The notes beneath the pieces were generated by a model. It did not search any database. It saw nothing but the letters and a program-made list of their open reading frames with translations, and was not told the DNA's origin. A stretch of DNA of 64,000 nt from Octopus vulgaris (taxonomy: Eukaryota), in the NCBI GenBank assembly GCA_951406725.2, contig OX597814.1, positions 120,466,001-120,530,000 of the forward strand, written 5' to 3'. Position numbers and translations under genes: made by a program. Of the stretch, positions 40,191-53,073 are shown piece after piece. Positions within the stretch are counted from its first letter, which is position 1. The number at the start of each line of letters is the position of its first letter.

Positions 40191-40873
40191 ATAGATTTAT
40201 AGCTGGGTAAGTAATTGACGAAAACATAAAATGAAATTGAGCCAGTGCATGTATTCATTATAATTGGCGTAATAACCCTCACAAGATACAAGATGATAAA
40301 CGTATATAAACAGATTAATAATGGTAATATTTAATCGATTGAACGTGGAATTGAAGAATTATTCAATACATTAGGGTAGCATTTGTTAGTCTTACATCAG
40401 GAGTAGATAAACCTGTAACATTTCTCTCGTACGAGGAAGGAAAATTCTCAGCTTTTAGTTTCAGTGAAACGTTTAATTAAACCAAAATATTAGCAATAAG
40501 CATGTATAGAATTTCATTTTCGTAAAAGTGCAATTTTCAGGTTAAATTTTCTGGAACATTTCTGTTGCTGAATGTGTTTTTCTTACTAATTAACAAATCT
40601 AAATGAAATAATTAAAATTTAAAAACCAACTATTTTTTTCTTAAAAATAGACTCGTTTCCCAGAGGTTATGTAACTGTAACTTACTTAGCGAAGAGCTCC
40701 AATATGTTTCTAACCTCGGAATTTATGTACACAAATATCAATAACCACGAAAATGCAGCTGCACATACTTACATAGCAAAATTAATTATGCATATTTCCA
40801 TAGAGATATGCATCTATAAATACTTACAATGATAAATACACCTACATATATACATTTTTACACACACGTATAA

Positions 40874-40928
<55 letters not shown>

Positions 40929-41749
40929 GGAATACGTGTGTACATAAATGGCTATATACATACGCACACACACAGTTATATAGTTATAGTGAACGTGGAG
41001 TTTTCACGAGAGTATATGTAAAAGTTTGTGGTCTTTTTGAAAATCTTTACCTTAGCCTTGGACATGCAAATGTGAATATAATGTTTTTCGCGTAGATCAG
41101 GCAAGGCTATTTGTGCATGTAGGAAAATATACATTTCTCTCTCTTTAACTATGTTTGATCTATCGATTTATCCATCTATTACTTTACCTATATAACCCTA
41201 TAAATGTGTGAGAACGTGCACATAACTTGAATTTCACATTTGCATATTGGTATCTCTGAGTACATGTTTATTAAAGGCCAAGTTTCAGAAATATTTTATG
41301 GTACAGTACTCAATATCTTTCCTACTATAGATACAAGGAATGATATTTGTGGGGAGGATGGCTAGTTGATTTCATTGACGTGCCTGTTTTACGCATACAT
41401 GTATGTATAGTGTGAGTGATATGGTAGATAATGCAGTGAAAGGGGCAGATTTCAGTTATATGAATATATATAAATTACTTACTCCATTCAACAAAGTTTA
41501 GGAAAATTTCTTAGATATGCAATTTTAAATATACTGCAGCAAATACACCAGCTGTGACCGTGGTAGCAGTTTAAGCATGGGGTGCACTGTCACCTCAGCC
41601 GGAACCTCAGAAAAGAGAACTAGATAAGCAAGATATAACATGGAATGCAGAGCGACATGAGCAAACGACTGGTGTTTGACAATTAAAAGGGACCCAATCC
41701 AGTTTCTGAGCACAGTCGTTCGTTGGATACGAAATCCAATCAATGGTAA

Positions 41750-41933
41750 CCCTTTAAACTGTGAGGCGTCCAGGTGCCAAAGGAGACCTCCCAGATCCTA
41801 GGATACTCTCCAAGTCTCATACATATAGAGGAATACTGGGAGGACAAGAGACCTAAAGACTTGAACCTCTCTCCCCTTGCTCGGATATCGGCAGCGCCAA
41901 GCACTCTAGCCGACTGAGTCCATAAACGCACCA
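41750..41933 (-). mobile_element. Possible old tRNA-derived SINE within a decayed LINE relic
   Basis: Minus strand tggactcagtcggctagagtgc (A-box-like) ... ggttcaagtc (B-box-like); flanking frame RIQR..NWIG..QSFAH resembles CR1/Jockey C-termini. Confidence 0.4.
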
Positions 41934-42399
41934 GTAAGTCCAAGTTCTTGTAAGACTTTGGACTTGCAGTTAATTTGGCTGTGGATCACACTGCCAACAC
42001 AAGTGAAGCACCAGCAACTTCGCCACTCAGAAATGCAACAAAGACAAACGTAGTAGCGTATATAAGAACTATTCAAGTATGTCACAAACTGTTCTATGTA
42101 AAGGAAATCGAATTCGATAATATACATTTTTAAAACGTTTGGAAATAATGATTACGGGACAATTACGGAATAATAAACCAATAAACCGAATATGATACTT
42201 ATAGTCTAGCTACAAACTTATAATAATTAAATTAGAAGTGTATCAATGTTATCGACGAAATCCATCAAGAATTTAGAGTTCAGACAACAAAAAAGCAGAA
42301 TTATGGGTAGTGACTGCAGTCGCCTGAAACGAATGAAAGAAAAAAATTATTTAAGAAATATACATGTGAATGTGTGTAAAATTCTTATCAATATATGTG

Positions 42400-42431
<32 letters not shown>

Positions 42432-42461
42432 TGTATGTATGTATGTATGTATGTATGTATG

Positions 42462-42508
<47 letters not shown>

Positions 42509-42532
42509 ATGTCTACCTTTCTCTCTCTTTAT

Positions 42533-42600
<68 letters not shown>

Positions 42601-42740
42601 ATGTCTATCTTTCTCTCTCTTTATCTATTTATCTATCTATCTATACATCTATGTCTCTCTCTATCTTTCTATTTATCTATCTATCCATCCATCCATCCAT
42701 CTATCTATCTATCATCTATCAATTATCTATCTGTATATAT
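42400..42740. repeat. (TATG)n/(TATC)n compound tetranucleotide microsatellite
   Basis: Directly visible. Confidence 0.95.
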
Positions 42741-43343
42741 ATTGTTCAAACTTAAACAAAACAACTGACGAAGACAGGTGTAGGAACAACAAGCAGGTGT
42801 TTGAGTGTGGATATATAAATTGGGCGTGGCGTGAGTATATACGTGAGGATGAGGTGACAAATATGAGTGTGTGTGTGTGCGTGCATGCGTTTAAGTGCCC
42901 CAGTGCGTACATTACATGTAGTGGTATGCGTTACATATTCTAGTATATATGTGTGAATACATATGGACGTGTTTGCGTATGTGAGCGGTTATCATGTGTG
43001 TGTGTTTACATGCATGGCCCTGGGTGTGCGTGTATCTGTACAAGTAACCTAGTGTATGTATTGTGCTGATTGATGCGCGTTTTATGTATTTGTGTGTTTG
43101 TGCGTATGGACGTGTGTATATGTGTGAGGCTAACCTGGATATGTATGTGTGTGTGCGTCCGTGTACAAAAGCATGTGTTTAGCAGTTTATATGTACTTAT
43201 ACAGATTGTATATATGTGTGTGACTGTGACCATATAGTGTGGATGTATATATTTGGGAGAGAAGGCTATCTCTGTATAAAAGTGTTGCGTGTGTTTATGC
43301 GTGTTGCGTATGAATGTCTATGTGCATATATTCCTTTTTTCTT

Positions 43344-43526
43344 TAGGCACAAGGCAAAAAATTTTTCGGGAGGTGGCCATTCGATTAGTTCGACCCTATA
43401 CGCAAATGGTACTTATTTTATTGACCCCGAAAGTATGAAACGCCAAGTCGGTCTCAGCGGAATTTGAACTCGGATCGTAAAGACAGACGAAATACCACTA
43501 ACCATTTCGCCCGGCTTGCTAACGTT
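43344..43526 (-). mobile_element. SINE family B (B2-type tail)
   Basis: gcggaatttgaact...catttcgcccggcttgctaacg. Confidence 0.85.
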
Positions 43527-43760
43527 TCTTATTTCTTTATTGCCCACAAGGGGCTACACACAGAGGGGACAAACAAGGACTGACATACGGATTAAGTCGA
43601 TTATATCGACCCCAATGCGTAACTGGTACTTATTTAATCGACCCCGAAAGGATGAATGGCAAAGTCGACCTCGGCGGAATTTGAACTCAGAACAAAAAGA
43701 CAGTCGAAATACCGCTAAGCATATTCGCCCGCCGCGCAAAACGTTTTTGCCAGCTCGCCG
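43527..43760 (-). mobile_element. SINE family B (B1-type tail), in tandem with the previous copy
   Basis: Alignable to 10402-10632. Confidence 0.92.
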
Positions 43761-43891
43761 ACTTCAGTGTGTGCGTATATATTGTCTGTGTTCAGTCATT
43801 ATGCACTTGTGTGGGTATGGGAGTGTGTCTGATGGTGTGTGATGTGTGTACTGAGTTGAACAGGGAGTAGAAATGCTCGTAGAGTAATGTA

Positions 43892-43927
<36 letters not shown>

Positions 43928-43933
<6 letters not shown>

Positions 43934-44053
43934 AAATTTACAGAAAATCAGAAGACGAAGACAGGTGTATGAACAACAAGCAGGTGTTTTAGTTTGATGA
44001 CCAGGAAAGTGAGAAAGTCTTTTACGTTTAAAGCCTACGCTCTTCAACAGAAA
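43928..44053 (-). mobile_element. Short repeat family G with a hammerhead-like core; partial second copy at 42740-42805
   Basis: Minus strand ttt-CTGTTGA-a-gagc-gtag-gctt-TAAAC-GTA-aaa; gacgaagacaggtgt..gaacaacaagcaggtgttt recurs at 42766. Confidence 0.55.
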
Positions 44054-44124
44054 ATAATATATATATATATATATAGATATATATATATACATATATATAT
44101 ATATAGAGAGAGAGAGAGAGCGAA

Positions 44125-44409
44125 TATAGCTAGCACTCCACCGGTTACAATGATAGTTCAAAGTGATCACCACTCTTTAAATTAACGTGTAAGTAAATGC
44201 ACACTCCACAGACATGTGCTCACTTAATGTACATCTCAGGGAGACTAAGCAAGTCACAGTATGTGACAAGGAACCATCTAAAATGCAGATGATACTCATT
44301 TGTGACGGCTGCTGACTGCCCTGGAGCAACGAGCGATAAATTGTCTTGTTCAAAGTGACCAGGCTCACACGTGAGCCCAATACGCTACCCACTAAACCAC
44401 ATGCCTTCA
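44125..44409 (-). mobile_element. Degenerate tRNA-derived SINE family E (related to C)
   Basis: gaaggcatgtggtttagtgggtagcg head; ttgaacaagacaatttatcgctcgttgctccag resembles the family C core. Confidence 0.6.
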
Positions 44410-45229
44410 AACGTCCCCACACGCACTCATACTTATATATAGCTGTATGTGTATGTGTATGTGTGCGTGTGTGTGTGTATGTAAATATGCAGTTTAAAGA
44501 AAAGGTTTGCAAGAAATATATCAGAGTTCACATGTCAAATTACAAGCAGTAGACTGTCACATACAATATTACGGTATATGAGTTTTATATGCGAATCATT
44601 ATTGTGTCATGTTTATATTGCCTAATCATCATCACCGAATTCTTAATGCAGTTACTTGTCAATATACACCGAAGTAAACATTCGTGCACGCGGAAATACA
44701 GGTTTTTTAATCTACAGACATATGTGTAAACAATCAATCATCAAACGAATGAGAGGCATTCTGTTTATTCAAGTAGAGGTCGAATCAGATACACATCTGG
44801 AAAATGTTGACAAAATTCTTATGGAACCTGTCTGATAAAAAATTTCTTGGTCGTTATCAAGCGTTTCCATTAACACACACATAATGCATACGTGTATGCG
44901 TCTCCGTATGCGTGTGACTAAGTTGTTTTTGTGTTTGCGTGCGCGTGCGTGTGAGTGTATGATGGTATAGTATCATGTGTCTAGTAAAGAGTGTATCAAG
45001 AGATATATTAACGATCAGAAAACAGAAGTCACACGAACGTCCATACACTCTCCATCAATGCATATTTACATATATACATGAACACATACTCAATCACACA
45101 AACACACACATACAAATTTATATCGTTTATGTATATCCTCATATATATATATCAATACATGTATTTATAAATATATACATCCGTATATATATCTATACAT
45201 ATATACATATATGCATGTATATGTACATT

Positions 45230-45338
<109 letters not shown>

Positions 45339-45971
45339 TGTATAATTCGCCATGGTACATATGTATATACGACTCTGTCTTTGATAGTACTAATGGCAGA
45401 GACATTTCTAATGTTGTAGTGATCAGATCAATAAGGACTGCGGGGAGAAGGGGGCTGCTAGTGAAGAAGAGTTCAACGGACAAAAGCTTTGAAAGAGAAT
45501 CCATTAAGAATGTTTATTTAGAGACAGTCTAAACTCAGATACATTACAAATGTATTAACTGAAATAGCGTGTTGAATATTGTATTGTGCGATGTGAAAAA
45601 ACCTCTTTGATTCTTCAAATTGGAAAACTTACTGAGTTGTATATCGTTAAGTGCTCGGTTGTACTGCTAGAATTAGCAGCCAATCAACCTCAAAATTCAC
45701 CCAATTTCTCTCGAAAATAAGAAAAACGGAAGCGCTTGTGAGATGCTTTGGTCCAAAATATATTCAATTGGTAATTGCTGAGTGGTGATATTTTTGTCCA
45801 TTTGATCAGAAATAATTGGGGAATTGACATCAAATCTAAAATAATTTCAACAAATAAATGTACAGAGTAGGCAGTAGTGCGGGAAAGCAAACATCGCTTG
45901 AAAGTCTGGAGATTAATGACTATATTCCAATTCGTTAATTCCTCTAATTTATGTAATTAGACAGGGTACAT

Positions 45972-46044
<73 letters not shown>

Positions 46045-46413
46045 TCCAAATGGCAGGACCTACTCACATACAAGCGCAAGTTGCATAATTTATCTTTCAG
46101 GGGAAAATTGGAAGTATAAAGTTGATTACATTGCTTAAGAACTGACAATTCTTATCACATGTATGTCGAAATTGTAAAGTAGCAATCATGGAAATATTTT
46201 GTTGACGAGAAAGTATTTCTGCAGAAACAAGGAATCAAAACGGAAGCTCACAACATTGTCGCTTCACGTGTTCAAATTAACTACATTTCGTTTTGGAATG
46301 TGGTATACAATATAGTATGTGCTTTCATTACAACATTAGATCATTTTAGCTCTTATTTCTAGCAATGTATGCGTTCTAACACCCTAGACATATTTATTGA
46401 CAATTATAGTCCC

Positions 46414-46767
46414 TTTTACTCTTTTACACTTTTACTTGTTTCAGACTGTGGCCATCCTGGAGCACCGCCTTTAGTCGAGCAAATCGACCCCAGAACTTAT
46501 TCTTTGTAAGCCTAGTACTTATTGTATCGGTGTATTTTGCCGAACCGCTAAGTTACGAGGACGTAAACACACTAGCATCGGTTGACAAGCGATGGTGGGG
46601 GGACAAACACAGACACACAAACACACACATATACATATATACATATACGACGGGCTTCTTTTCAGTTTCCGTCTACCAAATCCACTCACAAGCTGCCACG
46701 CAGTGGACTGAACCCGGAATCATGTGGTTGGTAAGGAAGCTACTTACCACACAGCCACTCCTGCGCC
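46414..46767 (-). mobile_element. SINE family A with an internal deletion
   Basis: The segment between ccactcacaag and tgccacgcag seen in other copies is missing. Confidence 0.93.
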
Positions 46768-46776
46768 TAGTCTTTA

Positions 46777-46845
<69 letters not shown>

Positions 46846-48162
46846 TATCACTAGCGGTGCACCAGCATGGCCACAGCATTAGGGCGGAAACGCACAACAG
46901 AGTAGCAGAATATGTTTGTGTGTTTGTATTTTTTGTACGTATGAATATATATCAATTATTTAGTGGCAATTATAATTTTCCTCTTTTGTAAAACATTCCA
47001 CACTGCTTGATTAATTTCATGTATATATATATATATAAGCATACATAGTCATACATATACATGCATATACATACAAAGAAGTGTGGGTGTGTACGTATGT
47101 AAAAAGCAAATACAGACACACACGCTCATACACACATGAACACACGCGCACGCACACACATGCTCATGCCCATGTACAGATAGATATCAATTTATTCAAA
47201 ATTCATCAAACAAGATGGTTTAACTGTGTGTGTCTCTTCCATAAAGAAAAACAAAAAATTTTTATGCATTTATTTACATACTATTATCATTTGTCCATAG
47301 ATACATGAGAGCTTTATGATTCTGGAGTGTAACAGTAACAACACCGTATATGCACCTACATAGAAGCATGGTCACTGACACCTTTACACATTACGTTTGA
47401 GTATGTACGGCTTGGTTCGTTGAGCTACTATTTATTTTGAGGTGCACTTAGAAAATGTGATTAAAATTATTGCCCATAAGCACATGCGCTTGCTTTTTGA
47501 ACTTTTGAACTTATTCAAAGCCTACTGTTGTTCAACACAATTTGTTTTAATCTTTACATCCCCAGGTGTCTAATCCCTATATGATTCATTTTTGTTGTAT
47601 TTTCTTCATGTATTTCATTAACATTTTAAGTTATTTATTTCTTATAAATTTCCTTTAACTACCTTACTTCATCTTCTATCCCTTTCTGTTGTTTCTTAAC
47701 AGTAACCATACTAAATTCCCCGAAGTTCATTGTAGTAATCTCATTGATATTTTTTCTACTGACCATACCAAGCCAATATTTTTAATCTCCGTCTTCCATA
47801 CATTCTATATACAAGAAGAAAATAGAGTGTATATTGATGTAAGCGTTATGTTCTAGTAATCTACTGAAATAGATTCCTTTATTTATGTCGGTTTGAGAAC
47901 ATAAAATGTTATTGTATAGTATGTAGCGTGCATATTAATATAAAATTTGTAAACTATGTAGTTCACACTGAAATTCTGACTGCACGAAGAAGTCTGAGAA
48001 ACGGCTTTAATCCACAGGCTGTAATGTGATTAAATAAATATATTCTTGATATTTAATGGTTCATAGGTATATACATGAATTCATATATATATATATATAT
48101 ATATGTATGTATATGTATGTATATGTATGCATGCATGTATGTATATATGTATGTATGTGTGT

Positions 48163-48196
<34 letters not shown>

Positions 48197-48405
48197 GGAT
48201 ATTTATGTAAGAATAATTACGTAATATGTTAATAGTGAAACATGTATGCGAATAATCCATATTTTTATTGCTTTTTCTTTTGTCTTGCTCGATTACGTTT
48301 TGGTTGTTTAGCTAAATTTTTCTTGAGAACATTTCTTAGTGGTAAGACCGTAGCAGATCCGATTCTACCATAAGTGTGTGCACATAGTGGTTTCCCTCTA
48401 ATATG

Positions 48406-48449
<44 letters not shown>

Positions 48450-48453
<4 letters not shown>

Positions 48454-48652
48454 ATCCAAACAAGAAAGCACAAAAAACACAACAACGTGAGGACTTGGAC
48501 GCTCAGGAAAGAAGGAAAGAAGGAGGGTTTCACGTTTCGAGCGGAGCTCTTCGTCGGAAACATAGGAGAAAGAAAGATCCAGAGAAGGGAAGACAGAGGA
48601 AAAATAAATCGTCAACGGTACACACGAGGTCACATTTTGAAAGACCGGAAGG
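48450..48652 (-). mobile_element. Short repeat family F with a hammerhead-like core, flanked by (TA)n
   Basis: Minus strand gttt-CCGACGA-a-gagc-tcc-gctc-GAAAC-GTG-aaac (48528-48561); second copy at 58420-58617. Confidence 0.7.
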
Positions 48653-48680
48653 AATATATATATATATATATATATATATA

Positions 48681-48986
48681 CCTCACCTCACGTGACCGAC
48701 CAGACCATCAGATGTTGCTACATATCGCTGGTCACAATGCGTTTGCATTGTTTTAGCCTTCGAATGACGCCACTCCGCTGGCTAAGCGAGCAGGCCAACA
48801 GAAGAAAGAGTGAGAGAAAGAGTGGTGAAGAAGTACAGCAGGTATCACCACCCCCTGCCAGAGCCTCGTGGAGCTTCTAGGTGTTTTCGCTCAATAAACA
48901 CACACAACGCCCGGTCTGGGAATCGAAATCGCGATCCTACGACCGCGAGTCCGCTGCCCTAACCACTGGGCCATTGTACCTCCACC
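48681..48986 (-). mobile_element. tRNA(Arg-like)-derived SINE family D, full length
   Basis: ggtggaggtacaatggcccagtggttagggcagcggactcgcggtcg...tttcgattccc head, unique body, (gtgag)n tail; inside (TA)n. Confidence 0.85.
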
Positions 48987-49659
48987 TATATATATATATA
49001 TAGTTGTACTCACTGCTTTCCTGTGAGAGTTAGCGGTACTTCATGCATCTTTCATGTATATGCAAAACATTGGAATCCTTCGCTGTGAGTGAACTAAGAA
49101 TGAAAACATACTTTCTTTACTACTATAAGCATAATGTTACACATTAGAAATATTGGTGAATCAAAATATACACATGTGCAGTAGCTTATTCCAATGGTTA
49201 AATCTATTTTATACCTGGTGATTTAGGGTTATTTGTGCTCTCAGATCCACTCACCTGAAGAGGTGCAGATGGACATTTACATTTAGATCATATTGATGCA
49301 AGAATACATATAATATGCATTACACTCAGCAATTATCAGATGATACTAATGTGTAGAAACAATTGTAGTGACTAGGATTAAAACCAGTTCATTCGATCTA
49401 CTTGTATCATAAGGATATCTATATATCAGATGTGTGCTATTTATAGCAAAAATGCCGGGTATATTTTAGAAGAGGGTAAGAAATCCGGCAAACGGCTCAG
49501 CAAGGATATTTGAATTATTCTAATCTATGTTGCTTTGTGCATAGCATATGTGTGTCTGTACGTGTCTTCAGTATTGCAGAAGAGTTTATAATTTAGTTTC
49601 ATAATTATGATTTCCAGTTTCTATTTAACAGCGTGGTACCTTCATTTTTTTCTGTCCTT

Positions 49660-49910
49660 TGAGTTCAGTTCTATATTTAAGAGATGAGGAATTATTAACA
49701 TCATTTAGAGTATTTGCAGTTGACGGATATTTGTTCTCATCTTGTTTGCTTTTAACACAACCTTTCGGCTGATATACCCTCCAGCCTCATCAGGTATCTT
49801 GGGAAAAATACCTTAGGGATTAGAACCCAGGTTCGAAAATTCCCCAAGACATCTGTTGAAGGCTAGGGGTATATCCGTCAAATGTAAATAATGTAAATAA
49901 TGTAAATATC
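49660..49910. ncRNA. Two inverted copies of the hammerhead-bearing Penelope-type repeat
   Basis: Minus strand 49754-49799: gatac-CTGATGA-ggctg-loop-cagcc-GAAA-g-GTT-gtgtt. Plus strand 49806-49900 aligns to 18172-18280. Confidence 0.65.
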
Positions 49911-50511
49911 CTTTGAGCTGCTTGGAAATACGAAAATTGTAAATGAAACCGAAGTGTGAGTAGTACTAATAAATTTAAGATCCAACTTTGTCACTCTATT
50001 TAAAGTTGATTTCAACTATGCCTTAAATGAAAGGCAGCCGTGTTAGTAGATTATCTCGCCACTTGCACGCGACGTCATCTAGCCACGTGATTTATTTAAA
50101 TGGAAACAGAACTTGCTTGTTGAAGTTATATGTAAAAAGTAATTTGGCATTTAAGTGATGGACCACTGAATACTTTTAGTAAAGTTCACATTTATATGAA
50201 GCATCATTTTGTCAGAACATTCAACGTCACTAATATTGGTCATATTGCTAACACTTTCCATGGTGATTGATTTTGCAGTTATTGATATATATTTATATAT
50301 ACTGTGATCCTGACTAGATCAGCCAACACATCCATCCGTGTGTAAATTTCATGGAAATAAGGATTGATGAAGCGGGACAAAGATGTATTGAAATGACACG
50401 CGTCTGATATTATCACAATATTATGTGAAGATTAAACGCAAGTATACAACTCTCACACATTTATGAATATACTTACGTATAACTATAAAGAGCTATACAT
50501 ATATAAATATG

Positions 50512-50572
<61 letters not shown>

Positions 50573-52329
50573 ATATGTGTGTGTTTATGTGTGTATGTAT
50601 GTGTGTATAGATATATGTGTTTACGCACATGTGTATTCATAGATAAATAGATAGATAGGTATTAATGACGTCAAACAGTTAGATATAAATATATTGGTAT
50701 ATATAAATAGATGGGAAGATTTAATTTCATGATATACGCTATAGAACTTCTATAAATTTAAAAGCCATATTTCAAAGTGAAATATTGAAATGATTATACA
50801 TGTTTCTGTCAATGATGATTTGAAACAAATCAATTTTAATCGCCGCGTTTTAGTATAAACTTTAAATAATCACAAAAAATATAACATATCATTGAATGGT
50901 TATTTTTGTTTGACTCATGGACCAGTTTCCATTTACAGGAAGGATGGTAGGATACCAGGGGAACATTTTAAATGAGATATTATGCTTTGATAAATTTTAT
51001 ATGTTTTCTACTTTTGAAGTCACCGATGTGTGTCAATATGAAATATGTCGGTCATAGTGATGTATTACATACGGCTGATGAAACTGGAGTGATCATTGAT
51101 GCACGCAATCTATATCTCACATTAATTTAATATTGTTTAAAATATCATAGATTCTTCACAAGATATGAAGGATTTAAACTGTTTAACGCTTGATAAATCT
51201 CTATACATATGTGTTTATTTTCTCACTGGCGACTTGGTTAGTTCCATAAAAATCTCTGCTTGATATTCGATTTAAATTGCGTTACCATGACAACAACCAA
51301 GTTACGTACTGCAAGAAGAGACAAGTACCACATTTAATTAATATATTAGTGTATCGTACTGCTTAGGACATGCTTTTTTTCTGGTAGCTTGTACACCTAC
51401 TCAAATTCTATACACACTAACGAAAATCCTGTAGATTAGTAAGTATCACAGGGGTCACAGGGATATTGTTGACCTACATTTTCGTAATTTATGTAGTTCA
51501 GTAAAATGGATGCGCAAGAATGGCCATCGGCATTTCATTTTAATAGCCACCGGGGCATTTTAGCCTTGAAGAGAGATCTACATTATATTCACCCGATATT
51601 CTATGATGTAAAATATACAGTCACATACTTACTCCTCTATAAAACGCAGTGAAAGTCGTCCAAACGGTTTCGAATAACCCTCAAGCAGATTTGAACTGGT
51701 TACACGTTTGTATTTATATACATCAATCACTGATTAGCTCTGTTACCCCATATTTTATTTAAGGCGAGCCGCCGATTACTGCTACCGCTTATTAAAAGAT
51801 GACGGGAATGTCATAAGAGAGAATGTCTCTCGTGTCTTCTCGTAGTACCGCTTTATCCGGTTTCGCTAGCTGTAGAATAGATAACTACTCCGAAATGCAA
51901 TATCTCCTAGAGTCTGGACAATGTGGCGGTGCGAGTTGATTCGTCGTATTTATACCCATTTGTTAGCGGTGTAACATTTTCACTTTACACCACTTTTCTC
52001 TTTAAAGTTTTCAGTTTAAAGTTTTCATGGCAAAACACAGTGAACGGATTTCTTACGAGTTCGAATATGCCTCAATCACATTTGAACTTGTAACAACTTT
52101 GTACATACTGTCTTAGGAATCTGATGTATTCTAAGCAAAGTATCAATCTTTAAATCTTTCTTTCAACGGAAGGAAACCATTTTGAATGAGTCAACTCAGT
52201 CTCTGACCGGATTCAATGCCCGTCCATAGTTCATTCATTTCCTTTGGTAAAGATAATTATGATGAATATCTTAGTATCAGGGACATGATAGGCTGACTCC
52301 AGAACCTGCCTTTTATTATTCAACATGGA

Positions 52330-52460
52330 ATTGAGATCAAATTCCAGCGAGGTCGAATTGGCTTTCATCATTACTTGGTGGTTAAAGTAAATATCAGTTG
52401 AACAGTGGGGTTGATCAAATGGACTTGCTGCCTCCCCCGAATTGGCTGGCCTTGTATCAT
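52330..52460 (+). mobile_element. Degenerate SINE family B
   Basis: gagatcaaattccagcgaggtcgaattggctttcatc...gctggccttg. Confidence 0.65.
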
Positions 52461-52684
52461 AAAGCATTATGTGCCTCAAATGCTCTTTGGATACTTGCAT
52501 GTTAGAAAGGTTTTAATTAAAGAAAGTTTAATTCTATTATTCCGTAAAATAATATTTAATTAGTTTAAATGTACACAGATGCATCAAAATAATTTTTATT
52601 TCCATTAGACATTCCAAAATACTATTAAATTTCATTCACTTTTAAAAAAAGATAAAATCGGACAGGACTTATGGGATGACCTGA
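52456..52684 (-). mobile_element. Mariner 5' fragment (TIR, leader, first ~15 codons)
   Basis: MQVSKEHLRHIMLYD from the ATG at 52500; TIR TCAGGTCATCCCATAAGTCCTGTCCGA (52684-52658) next to TA. Confidence 0.85.
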
Positions 52685-52689
52685 TACTC

Positions 52690-52890
52690 TAGGCACAAGG
52701 CCGGAAATGTTTTTGATGGGGGAGGGGGCCAGTCGATCAGATTGACTCAAGTACGCAACGGGTATTTAATTTATCGAACCCGAAGAGATGAAAGGCAAAG
52801 TCGACCTCGGCGGAATTTGAACTCTGGACGTAAAGGCAGGCAAAATGCCGCTAAGCATTTTGCCCGTTAGTTTCTGCTAGCTCAGTGCCT
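52690..52890 (-). mobile_element. SINE family B (B2-type tail)
   Basis: gatgaaaggcaaagtcgacctcggcggaatttgaactc. Confidence 0.88.
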
Positions 52891-52894
52891 TATG

Positions 52895-53073
52895 ATAGAT
52901 AAGATATTGCTGAAAAACTGTCTGATGAGAAACAATAACTTAAGGATGATGTGGCTGGACTTCCAGAAAGCATGTGCTATGCCTCTTTATTAGTGGATTC
53001 TGGATTACTGAAAAAATTTGGAATTACACAAAATATCCTAAATCTACTGAATAGATGGACCAAAACTTGGAAC
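52895..53073 (+). mobile_element. R4/Dong-type reverse transcriptase fragment
   Basis: IDKILLKNCLMRNNNLRMMWLDFQKA..*WIL/KKFGITQNILNLLNRWTKTW. Confidence 0.7.

Noticed and set aside
50060-50092. CRE-like GACGTCA plus E-box CACGTG cluster
   Set aside because: Short motifs like these are expected by chance in 64 kb; there is no other promoter evidence.
52922-52933. CTGATGA-GAAAC hammerhead-like string
   Set aside because: It has no helix II and lies within RT-coding relic sequence (CLMRN).
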